A DNA stretch of 63,524 bases, the filler included, from Basidiobolus ranarum (lineage: Eukaryota), in NCBI GenBank assembly GCA_040143965.1. It is 4 parts of 4 records of this genome, joined end to end, with 100 filler letters (N's around TTAATTAATTAA, not from the genome) between each part and the next. Parts side by side here need not be neighbours in the genome. Positions count along the whole stretch, not along the records: positions 47,741 to 63,524 come from JASJQH010007243.1; 3 more parts are not named here. One strand, written 5' to 3'. The first letter of the stretch is position 1, and each line of letters starts with the position of its first letter. The translations under genes were made by a program, and so were the position numbers. This document shows, one piece after another, positions 53,466 to 63,524 of this stretch. The notes under the pieces are model-generated. The model had not been told where the DNA came from. It ran no database searches and saw only the letters and a program-made list of their open reading frames with translations.

Positions 53466-54545
53466 TCAACTAGTATGAATGTACATTGGATTCTCTAAAG
53501 TCACTCCATTTAAAATATGAACTTCCTGGGGTCTATCATGATGGACTAAACTTGTGGAAGTGGTAGGACTTTCGGGAAGTTCAGGTGGATTTACATTAAA
53601 ATGAGCCCTATCTTGAATTTGATTGTTAGTGAATTGGTTCATTTTCGCTTCATTTAAGTTGTCAGTATCTTCGAAAGAATCAAGAGGTAAATCGTTATTC
53701 CTCCAATCCCAAATGGAGGTATACTGCATCCTCCAAGTTATTGTGGCATAAACACACCCAATAATACTTCCCACTAGAATGTCATACCAGTGATGTGTAT
53801 AGTCAACCAGTCTACTCAGTGAGAGTAATAGAGCTATCAGAACTGGAGCTGTGACAACTAGTAGCTTCCAATATGGAGTGCGTCGATCGGAGAAGAGTTT
53901 GAGGTTGGCATTCAAGTAAAAGAATAGAAACAAAAGGCCAGCCCAAGCAGCATTTGAATGGCCGCTGGGGAAGCTTTGAAGAGAGTCATTAATTTCTCGA
54001 GGGTCACCAGTACATATGCTTCTGTCGTAGTATATTTGGCCAAAGCCTTCCCCAGACGTATCCAATTTGCTTAAGTCTGGTTTGCATACTTGGAGGAAGT
54101 GTGGTCTGAATCCACCAATAAGCCACTTACAGAATACTTGAAATAGACCAGAACCACCCATTGAGTAAAACATTCCCATCATTGCGGTATGGAAATCAGT
54201 CCAAGAACGCTTCCAGTACTGTGCTATTGCGAAGGTCAAAAAGCATAAGATGAATGAAAGGAATCCGCTCAACCACATCGGGATGATTTCAGGCTTGACT
54301 GGATAAGAATTCTCTACATTCACCAGATGTCTTGTAAAAGGAGGTGACTGGGTGGATGCAGTCCTTGAATTCTCATATATTGGGAATACTCTGTTAGGTA
54401 CTGGTGGGGCCACATAAAGACCAAAGCCAAAAATAGCGGTACAAAGCAATAATATCCAATCTTTCCAATATCGGGCTGAATATTCACGAAAAGTGAGTTT
54501 ACGTAGAGAGTCTTTTCGTGGTGCTGTTGTACATATAATTGACAT
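53466..54545 (-). CDS. PAP2 lipid phosphate phosphatase (DPP1/LPP1-like), copy 1, intronless
   Basis: C1 KWLIGGFRP, C2 SFPSGH, C3 SRLVDYTHHWYD; about six TM helices. Confidence 0.92.
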   Translation of the reverse strand: MSIICTTAPRKDSLRKLTFREYSARYWKDWILLLCTAIFGFGLYVAPPVPNRVFPIYENSRTASTQSPPFTRHLVNVENSYPVKPEIIPMWLSGFLSFILCFLTFAIAQYWKRSWTDFHTAMMGMFYSMGGSGLFQVFCKWLIGGFRPHFLQVCKPDLSKLDTSGEGFGQIYYDRSICTGDPREINDSLQSFPSGHSNAAWAGLLFLFFYLNANLKLFSDRRTPYWKLLVVTAPVLIALLLSLSRLVDYTHHWYDILVGSIIGCVYATITWRMQYTSIWDWRNNDLPLDSFEDTDNLNEAKMNQFTNNQIQDRAHFNVNPPELPESPTTSTSLVHHDRPQEVHILNGVTLENPMYIHTS

Positions 54546-54962
54546 GTCTAATATACAGGTATATTAGGGTCACGTAGAAATTATTATTCAGACTTACTAC
54601 CAGCAGAAGAATCTCAGAATATCTTGACCCTATAAATAGAAATTCCTTTGTACACTAAAAAGTACAGTCATTGTAATTATGTGGGGAATACTGCTGCTAT
54701 TGTCCAATGGTTCTCTGAGAGATGAAACGTTGTATTTGCTAAATGCTTCTCCCAAACATATCTTATCTATATCAGGATTGATGTGTTATATTAACAAAAA
54801 ATCAACTACTGCTGCATATATAATTACTCTCCGAGAAATTGGTTCTAAAAGGTGATCGATCGCTAAAAGTACGAATTAAGCTGGCTTTATTTTGAGAGAA
54901 TATTCTACACGCTGATCAATCTACTAAAAAAATCCTCTTCTATTATACAAACATTGGTGACT

Positions 54963-55988
54963 TTAGATTCCCGAAAATGTTTGCTGATTCCCTTTGCCAT
55001 TTACATCAACTATACGTTCGTTAACAGCGCTTACTTCACAAGAGTTCTCTTGAAAACGATTAGGTGAGTTAATATTAGTTGCATGCGAGTAAGGGAGTGA
55101 ACTTGGTTCCATGTTATGTTCAGGACATTCGTTTAGAGGAATATGGTTCTTTCTCCAGTCCCAGATGGAGGCATACTGCATCCTCCAAGTTATTGTGGCA
55201 TAAACACACCCAATAATACTTCCTACTAGAATGTCATACCAGTGATGTGTATAGTCAACCAGTCTACTCAGTGAGAGTAATAGAGCTATCAGAACTGGAG
55301 CTGTGACAACTAGTAGCTTCCAATATGGAGTGCGTCGATCGGAGAAGAGTTTGAGGTTGGCATTCAAGTAAAAGAATAGAAACAAAAGGCCAGCCCAAGC
55401 AGCATTTGAATGGCCGCTGGGGAAGCTTTGAAGAGAGTCATTAATTTCTCGAGGGTCACCAGTACATATGCTTCTGTCGTAGTATATTTGGCCAAAGCCT
55501 TCCCCAGACGTATCCAATTTGCTTAAGTCTGGTTTGCATACTTGGAGGAAGTGTGGTCTGAATCCACCAATAAGCCACTTACAGAATACTTGAAATAGAC
55601 CAGAACCACCCATTGAGTAAAACATTCCCATCATTGCGGTATGGAAATCAGTCCAAGAACGCTTCCAGTACTGTGCTATTGCGAAGGTCAAAAAGCATAA
55701 GATGAATGAAAGGAATCCGCTCAACCACATCGGGATGATTTCAGGCTTGACTGGATAAGAGTTCTCTGCATCCACCAAGAACTTTGCACCAGTTGATGGC
55801 TGATTAGATGATGTCCTTAGATTCTCGTATATTGGGAATACTCTATTAGGTGCTGGCGGAGCAACATATAGACCGAATCCCAAAATAGCAGTGCAGACCA
55901 ACAGTGCCCAATCCTTCCAGTATCTTCGACGATATTCACGAAAGCTTAGTTTCTCAACTGGTGTTCCCACTGATCTTTCGTGACTCAT
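54963..55988 (-). CDS. PAP2 lipid phosphate phosphatase (DPP1/LPP1-like), copy 2, intronless
   Basis: Same three PAP2 motifs; ATG 55988 (MSHERS); tandem paralog of 53466-54545. Confidence 0.92.
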   Translation of the reverse strand: MSHERSVGTPVEKLSFREYRRRYWKDWALLVCTAILGFGLYVAPPAPNRVFPIYENLRTSSNQPSTGAKFLVDAENSYPVKPEIIPMWLSGFLSFILCFLTFAIAQYWKRSWTDFHTAMMGMFYSMGGSGLFQVFCKWLIGGFRPHFLQVCKPDLSKLDTSGEGFGQIYYDRSICTGDPREINDSLQSFPSGHSNAAWAGLLFLFFYLNANLKLFSDRRTPYWKLLVVTAPVLIALLLSLSRLVDYTHHWYDILVGSIIGCVYATITWRMQYASIWDWRKNHIPLNECPEHNMEPSSLPYSHATNINSPNRFQENSCEVSAVNERIVDVNGKGNQQTFSGI

Positions 55989-56744
55989 TTCCAAGTAAAG
56001 AGGGCGGAATGTAGAGCAAGTGTTTACAAACAAATCCCATTTCTTACGTCCTATTAAATAGTTGTGTAATACGATGACCCCTAATCCATTAGTGCATAAT
56101 ATGGATTATGATATTGTTCGTGGTGAAGTTACATTGTAACATGTATGAATACGACTTCGTTCGAGTGCAGTAGAGCTTTAGTACATATGATCGAATAACG
56201 TTGAGGAAAAGGCGATGTTGAACTACGGAGAATAACTGATCTTCAGGTCTGTATTGTAACGAAAATACATGTAAAGCTTGACGAGCAACCTCAATTCGTG
56301 CATTATTTAACATGGATGCAGTATGACGTCAGTATTAAAATATAAGAATGGCCAGAGATCAAAGGGAAGCGGATGCGATACAAAGGTGGAAAGATATATA
56401 ACCTTGTCACCTCAACTGTGGATTAGTAATATGTGAAAAGTTAGAATAGTTATTAACGTAATAAACTAATGAATCTGGGACTACCAGTGGATTGTATGTT
56501 TGATAAATGCTCTATATCCCAGTTATTCTATCCGCCAGTTCTCTTGCTTGATGGCGAGATTCAAACAAAGTAGATTTGTTTGTGATCAGTTAACCATTGT
56601 TTAGGCATTTTGAAGGATTCTTCGATAAACATTTTTTCACTTTGGATTTATGCCTCATGTTAATGCAGTAAACCGGTGCCTAGCTTGACTCATAATTAAT
56701 TAGATTTCTTTGTTGTTGCATACACTTTTTGGTGACCATATTGG

Positions 56745-56836
56745 TCAAAGCAAGATTCAAAGCAAGGTTCAAAGCAAGGTTCAAAGCAAGATTCAAAGCA
56801 AGATTCAAAGCAAGGTTCAAAGCAAGATTCAAAGCA
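56745..56836 (+). repeat. 12-bp minisatellite (TCAAAGCAAGRT) x ~7.7
   Basis: Seven full units differing only at one A/G position, plus a partial eighth. Confidence 0.95.
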
Positions 56837-56916
56837 GTATTTATTTGTTTTCAACTTGTGCCATTCATTAAAGATAAGGAATTCATTTTGATCAAGACAA
56901 TACCTACAGCACCGTA

Positions 56917-58059
56917 TTACATGGCAGGCTCTAAGCCAAGCCTGCGACCCCAGTCATAATGATCATCGACTAGGTCTAAAACTTTCTTGGCGCCATGCCT
57001 CCATAACTCCTCATCTTGTGGGTAAGCTTTAGCCAGCTCTTTCATTGCTCGAACACTTTTGATAGCATGGGCAAATATATCTCCATCTTGTATTGCAGCT
57101 TCATCAATTTCCTCCCAAAACTCGTTATTCTCCAATAATAACTTAGCTGGATGATGGATTAAATTCTCCCATTTGGGAAGAGGACGTCCTACAGAGACAA
57201 ACAAGGTCAATGCTGTGAACCAAACTAACCGAAGAATTCGAACTTGATCAGATTCGGATAGAATCGGTAACAACATTCGACCTGCATGTAATCCTGTCAT
57301 TGCATGGCACAAAAGAAAATCAAGTCGAAGTTCAGGCTTGTGGCCCAAGAATAAGAAGGCTATTCCATGGGATAGCTCACGCATCTTCTCATCAAGACCT
57401 TCATGCTTGATGCTTGAATCCCAAGCCTTATAGTACTCTTTGGTGTATTCAGAGTGTGGTATGTCTATGTCGCGCGAATCATCCGTGTAAGGATCATATT
57501 CAAACTCTTGGAAGCGTGAGTCTCTAGACATCTCTTCAATGATAGTAATCGGATCCTTATACGCCGGCTCTGAGAACTCTTCATTAATCAGTTCGCCATG
57601 AGGGTCATAGCCAATTGTACATAATGCCAGTGCTTCAGAGAGAAGTAAATCTTGTCGAAATTCGACGGCATACCCTAAATGAATTAAGGGATGAGCAGCC
57701 TCCCCAACCAGTCCTGGCAGAAGAGGTGGCGCATATTTAGCAAATATCTTGTCAAACCCAGTCTGGGCAATTTGTTCATCGAAAAAATCAAGCAAATCGC
57801 GATAAGTATCTCTTACTCCTATGCACTGCGAGTAGTTCCCTTCATTAACAGTATGCTTAGGCTGAGGAAGTGGCTCAAGGTATCTGGTGGCTTTTTCATA
57901 CGTGCTACGCATCCTCTTTTCAGACGCACCGAGATTGTACAAACTGCACAATAAGTGAGGTGTATGATTATGAGCAAGACCGTCAAAGTAGATATGGTAG
58001 TCCCGGTGATTTCGGGAGATTAATTCCTCGAGAACTTGGATTGATACGATGGAGTTCAT
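56917..58059 (-). CDS. Questin-oxidase-like / AflY-HypA (DUF4243) oxidoreductase, intronless
   Basis: HNHTPHLLCSLYNLGAS; YRDLLDFF; HPLIHLGYAVE; SEALA; DFLLCHAMT; HAIKSVRA His-rich motifs. Confidence 0.82.
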   Translation of the reverse strand: MNSIVSIQVLEELISRNHRDYHIYFDGLAHNHTPHLLCSLYNLGASEKRMRSTYEKATRYLEPLPQPKHTVNEGNYSQCIGVRDTYRDLLDFFDEQIAQTGFDKIFAKYAPPLLPGLVGEAAHPLIHLGYAVEFRQDLLLSEALALCTIGYDPHGELINEEFSEPAYKDPITIIEEMSRDSRFQEFEYDPYTDDSRDIDIPHSEYTKEYYKAWDSSIKHEGLDEKMRELSHGIAFLFLGHKPELRLDFLLCHAMTGLHAGRMLLPILSESDQVRILRLVWFTALTLFVSVGRPLPKWENLIHHPAKLLLENNEFWEEIDEAAIQDGDIFAHAIKSVRAMKELAKAYPQDEELWRHGAKKVLDLVDDHYDWGRRLGLEPAM

Positions 58060-58648
58060 TGTTTGTTTGTTGATAACCCATCTCTACATTGACTTTATAT
58101 AAGCTTTGACTTTACAGTGTGTTTAGATGAATATATCAATGATTCATACTATTTTCCACTCGGGATGACTAATAACTCTATATTCCTCTTGAAGGCTACA
58201 GTAAAGAAGTACAGTTAAAGCTTTGACCAGTTTCTCCGTGTTTACAACTCATCATCGGTTAATGAACTTCGATGCTTAAGCACCAGCCATTTGCTAACCG
58301 GTTGAATTCATCCAGCCAAACGGGTTGGTGGGGAGTAAAGCCAATCATGAGTGATTGATCTCTGTTTGATATTTGGTGCTATCAAGTAATTCAAGCATAA
58401 ACCGATTGGTTAGTCCAGAACATGCATGCTAAGTTAGCAATTGATAGCTCACGTGTTTACTGACTATCAGTTAGTAGGGTTAGCCAGCCTAACTAGAATA
58501 TGGTCCGATGGCCCGGATCGGATGATGATGCTGTAGGTTGTAGATAAAGTTAGAAGAGCTAGGGTTAGGGATACATTTAATGGCATCCATTAAGCGCATT
58601 CGGTTATTCAAGATTGGTGATTGATTTACCACAGACTCTGATTCAAAT

Positions 58649-58705
58649 GTAGCCTCTAATAAAATGAACTAGCATCTCGTAGCCTCTAATAAAATGAACT
58701 AGCAT
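58649..58705 (+). repeat. Tandem duplication, 27-bp unit at 30-bp period
   Basis: GTAGCCTCTAATAAAATGAACTAGCAT occurs twice. Confidence 0.9.
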
Positions 58706-59751
58706 TGCAAGAGTCTCAACAAAGTGTCTCAAAAGCGAGAGGAAATTTTAGCCAAATTCAATCTATTTTGGATACCCGGTTTTCAGTCTATCTTCGTTGA
58801 GTTATACGTGGTGGCAGATGAACTTGAAAAAGCAACAGTACTATAGGAAACTTTGAATGACATCAAGTATATTATGAATTTTGCATTTGAGGTAAAAAAT
58901 TCTGGTAGCTTTGAAAACGAATAGTTACTCTCACGGATTTATTATGGTCACTTTGAAATTCATTAGTGATGCTTGGAGACAAAGTGGGTCTTGACATATG
59001 AACCATAGCTATTTACTACTCCTGCTTCTTCCAAATCTGACACTATGCCATCTTCCAAATGTGTAAACTAGCTATTTTGATAAGTATTTTTCATTCCCAA
59101 GATGTTCAACAGCCATTACCTACGAATATCATCTCAGTAGCAACAACAAGTACTCGTTAAACATTGGAGCTTCTATGAGTCAGCCTGATGGGCCTATAAA
59201 TGTCAAAATATTGAAATTAAGTACTAAACTATTCATATATGCTAACTGGCATAGTTGAGACCATTGAAGTTAGCATAACCTAAATATCTATACAGTTTTA
59301 TATGGCTTGATATTTAGTTACTCCATACTTCACTAAGATATCACCGACTATTCGCCAGAGGAATTTACTTAGAAGTCCGAAGATGTACAGATTTGAGTGC
59401 TTGTCCAAGAAGACACAAACTTTGCACCTAAATTACTGGCACCTTTCTAAGAGCATTTAATACGTTTGCATGTTTATCTCCTGATAGAACTCTATATGTC
59501 AACTCTCCACACAATAAATAAATCACTAAGTGAAAACCATCAATTTTCCTAGTCTTGACCACTTCCAACAAACTTCCAAAAACTGCAACACAGTATGAGC
59601 CCTGAGCTCACACTCTCATGTTTATTTTTCAAATTTAGGAAATATTTCTATCCTCTACATTATCAGATGGAACCCATTCACAAGTTTAGAAAATTGAAAT
59701 GAAACTGCTACTATAACAAAAAGGACTTTGGATACTGTTGTAGGAGGAGAA

Positions 59752-60098
59752 TATTGAAATTAGGATTGCCTTAACACCCATATAATCATATATAGCTTAG
59801 TATTCAGTTTTCTTATTTTTCACTGAGATTTCAACCATAATTCTCATAAGGATATTACTTGGAATATTGACACCAACTTAGAACTTCACAGATATATAGA
59901 TTTTATAACTTGTGCTAGAAGCCCCAAACTTTGCACACATGTTCCTAGGACCTTCATTAACATATTCAACATCTTAGCTTGCTTATATCTTGACAAAAGT
60001 ATATATATCAACTTTCTGCTTAATAAATCAATAAGTGAAAATCACCAATTTGTCCAATTCTCCAAACCACTTCCAACAGACTCCTAAATACTTTAACA
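59752..60098 (+). mobile_element. Solo LTR family A nested in gag, TSD GAGAA/AAGAA
   Basis: TATTGAAAT...TTTAACA; removing it and one TSD copy restores the gag sequence GTAGGAG(A/G)AGAAAACAATGCAAA seen at 15813-15835. Confidence 0.88.
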
Positions 60099-61035
60099 AA
60101 GAAAACAATGCAAAAATATCTGAAACTAGAGCTCAACTAAAGCTTAAAAAAATGTTGCATAATTAATCTTTATTCAGCATCTCAAAAGGAAAGACAAAAG
60201 TCAGCTTGCAGATAAAACAAAAACTACACAAGCATGTTATTCTCAAAGTAGCCAATCAGAAAGGATCACTGTGAAATGTTACAAGTGTTGAAAACTGCAA
60301 CATATAGCATGTTATTGGAGATCAAAGAAGAAATGGGTTTCAAAGAAAAAGAAAGCATAGAGCACCACTAAAAGAGGAAAAGATCACTATGTACTCATGG
60401 CAACCTCTAAATCAAGAAATGACTCTGCTGATGTATGGATTCTGGTGCAAGGGATCATATGTGTCACAATAGAAAGAAATTGCATGACCATAAGGAAGAA
60501 GAACCTCTGGACATCATGGTAGCTGCAAGAAACAAACTGGTTGCATATAGAATGGGAAAGGTCTCACTTGACTTACAATATGTAAAACCAAAAGTGTAAT
60601 GGTAACCTTGGAGGATGTCTTGTATATTCCATTATCTATAACAAATCTATTTTCAATTGGAGCAAGTTTAAAAGAAACATTATGATGTCAAATTCAGCCA
60701 AGAAAAAGCAACCATATATAAATCAAAGGACTTGATAGCAGCAACTGGAACATGAATTAGGAATCTATATCATCTAGATATTTCACCAATAACTGAGAGT
60801 GTTTCTAACTTTGCAACAATTACTTCTAGAAACTTGATGACTTGGCATCAGTGCTTGGGTCATCTAAACTATCACATGTGACACTATAATAAAAGAATAG
60901 CCTACATACTGGAATGGATCTCAAGCCCTCAGATATTACTAAATGGGAAAGCTGTATTCAAGGGAAAATCACCACCAAATCATATCTAAAAGAAGGAGCT
61001 AGCAAAGCCAAAAATTTATTAGATCTTATTCATAC

Positions 61036-61568
61036 TGTCATGATTCTGATCTTGGCATACTCATCCACTGCAAATAGACTTTGTCTATTATTTAATTATG
61101 ACACCATACCTGCAGTGCCATCCCTTCTTGCAATCTTGTGCTAGTTCAACCTGGTTACCTTATATGGAAGTCATGTTCTTTGGAACATTCCATGAAACCT
61201 AACCAATCATGTCATCCCACAGATAGTATATTTCTGCCAAGACCTTCCATGGAGGGTCCCCTGAGCATCCTTACATCATCCTTATTTGCATTGGTCCTTG
61301 TAGTCTCAACACCCCAACATTTGAACTTGCTACAGTATATTCCCTTTTCAGTATATTATGTTTCACCCTGCAATATCTATATTAGCTCCCTGTTTTCCTT
61401 CATCAGACCTCAGTCTGAGCAATGCCAGTTATGAATAAAGATTTATGCCAAAGTATCTTCCCTGTCCAGTCTTGTCTGGTCTTGCCTTGTGGTCTATACC
61501 CAAGTACCCTCCTGCTTTCTAGCCTCTTGTCTCTGCTTCCAGTCCTTGTCCAGTGTCTTATTGTGACA
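61036..61568. mobile_element. 533-bp solo LTR of a different family (C) nested in integrase, perfect TSD CATAC
   Basis: TGTCATGAT...ATTGTGACA termini; CATAC at 61031-61035 and 61569-61573; removal restores LDLIHTDLCGPM. Confidence 0.9.
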
Positions 61569-63414
61569 CATACAGACTTATGTGGCCCAATGCATACTCT
61601 GACATCAAGTAAGCAATGATATTTACTCATCTTTATCAATGAAAAATCTCACTTCATAGTTTTACATCTTCCGTTGAGCTAAGGAGAAGTGTGTCAATAT
61701 TTCAAGATATAAGAATCAATGGTCACAAATATAACAGGAAGAAAAATCAATTATCTATATAGCAGGAATGGAACTTTAGCAATGAAGCCATCACTAGCTT
61801 TTGTCAAGAAAAGGGAGTTCAACTGCAAATTACTATTTCATATAGTGAAGAACAAAATGGAGTTGCAGAGACAATAATTAGGTCTTTAGGAGAGAAAGCA
61901 CATAAAAGCTGATTGATTTAGATCTATCTAAGAGTTATTGGTGTGAAGCTCTTTTAACAGCTACATATCTCCAAAATAGATGTCCAACATGTAGCAACCA
62001 TGACTCTAAAACTCCTATTGAAATCTTGACTGGAAACAAGCCTAATCTGAGTCATTCAGAATATTTGGATCTTTAGTATATGCTCACATTCCTAAACCTT
62101 AGCATAGGTAATTGGACAAAAAGGTAACTAAATATATCCTACTAGGATATCAGAACAAAGGCTATTGTCTCCTAATTGCTAGCACAATCAAATCATCAAC
62201 TCCAGAGATACTATATTCATTGAAAAAAATCTCCAATCTTCTAATCAAGGGAATTTGATTTTGGTTGAAAATCAATTTCTCAATAACTCAAATTCTGAGT
62301 TAATGAGTTCTGAAACCAATCTTGAGCTAACTAGTACTGAAACCAACATGGAAAATGATACATTGGAAATAGATACTGTAATTGGGCCAAATTTGGAATT
62401 TGAAACTTTCCATCAACAATGACTATTTTTAGAAAAATCACATCTAGGACAAGGTCTAAAACATCAGCCACCAATGAATATATGACAAAGCTCAAATCAA
62501 TACCAATCCCAGTGATCATTATTCCTAGCAGAAAACCAATAAGCAATAATCCTGTATCAAACTTCTCTACAAGTACTAAAACTAAGGAGAACAAAGTATT
62601 ATATAATATTCTGAAATCAAGCAGCTATACAAGTAGTGAAACATTGGGCAACACTGGAAACACACCAATATATACCAGTAAAGCTGATAATTACTCTGAG
62701 GATATTAATGATTCAGAACTAGCTTCTGGAAATCAGCATATTATCTCTGCCAATTAAAAATATGGTAATCAGAACAAGATATTTTTCCAGCCAATCAGGA
62801 ATCAGGAAGTTGGGCTCAGAAACAAGGCAATAATTCTCTGACCAATCATGTACCTAAGAAATATCCTACTCTCAATTTGGCTGATGTTGGATGCAATCAA
62901 TCATTGGAAGTATGCAATCAATCACAACAGTATTCAATCAATCATAAAATTCAGGGAATTAGGTCTCAGAAATCTTACTGAGTGGAAATCAGAAACATCC
63001 TGTAAGTGAAACATCTTACTATTCTACCAAGGACTTTGGATATTTCAAATTAGAGCATGGAATCAACAGAGTTGAATCAGAGAAAGGATGGAATATATCT
63101 ACACATGTAGCATTTTCTGAGCCAGATATTTTGACACAAGCTCTGAAATCTTATGAAGTGATGGAATGGAGAAAAGCCACTGATGATGATATTCACTTCC
63201 TAATCAAGAATAACATATAGATCCTTGTGGACTTACCTAATGGAAGAAAAACAATTGGTAATAGAAGGGTGCTGAAACTGAAACTTAACTCAGATAGATC
63301 TATCAGCTGGTAAAAAGCAAGATTAGTAGTAAAAGGCTATGCTCAAAAGCATGTCATTGACTATGATAAAACATTTTCTTCTGTTGCTAAGTTAACCTCA
63401 CTGAGAGTAATCTT

Positions 63415-63524
63415 TGTTGAAGTTTATTGTCTTTATCATATTTGTTATCTCTATCTTTATACACCTAACTATTTCATATATCACATATAAGTTCGTTAAC
63501 ATTACTTAGTCAAATATCACTTAG
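63415..63524 (+). mobile_element. LTR family B inserted into the copia RT, runs off the window
   Basis: RT similarity stops at ..SLRVIF, where TGTTGAAGTTTATTGTC begins; matches 14583 onward. Confidence 0.78.

Larger units (their letters stand above)
59263..63414 (+). mobile_element. Decayed Ty1/copia LTR retrotransposon (5' LTR, PBS, gag-PR-INT-RT remnants)
   Basis: LTR about 59263-59590 ending CAACA; PBS-like CAGTATGAGCCC 59591-59602; gag ..KGLWDTVVG-like; degraded zinc knuckle near 60275; protease DSGARDHMC near 60440; WHQCLGHLN near 60843; integrase LDLIHT/DLCGPM and EQNGVAE; RT KARLVVKGYAQ..DYDKTFS; many stops and frameshifts. Confidence 0.92.

Noticed and set aside
56729-56959. ORF with KARF repeats / CRISPR-like array
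   Set aside because: It is the translation of a 12-bp minisatellite; no spacers, no cas genes, non-ATG start
60914-62757. ORFs of 65-112 aa listed in the ORF track
   Set aside because: Fragments of decayed copia pol and of the nested LTR, not independent genes

Overview
Eukaryotic, intron-rich, AT-rich fungal DNA. Short GT-AG introns and the gene set suggest an early-diverging fungus (Zoopagomycota/Mucoromycota-like); this assignment is inference. Three 100-nt N-spacers carrying TTAATTAATTAA split the window into four contigs, so adjacency across them is unproven. About 19 protein genes are supported: ADP1-like ABC transporter, VTC1, YANK/STK32-type kinase, a coiled-coil protein, an O-fucosyltransferase-like protein, TMEM41/TVP38, SFH1 with a GATA finger, LACTB2, an RRM/NCOA5-like protein, a heme fatty-acid dioxygenase head-to-head with a class-3 lipase, a bacterial-type GNAT, a small secreted protein, insulysin/STE23, and an intronless block at 51.3-58.1 kb. 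That block is the most interesting part: an unfused, convergent PhnZ-like HD oxygenase plus PhnY*-like Fe/2OG dioxygenase (predicted oxidative C-P bond cleavage of phosphonates), each with a CACGTG/CACGTT box near its TATA. Two tandem PAP2 phosphatases with a gene-conversion-like identical core and a questin-oxidase-like gene follow. Intergenic DNA holds nested, decayed Ty1/copia elements and solo LTRs, several with readable 5-bp target-site duplications. All calls come from motif recognition by eye; no searches were run.
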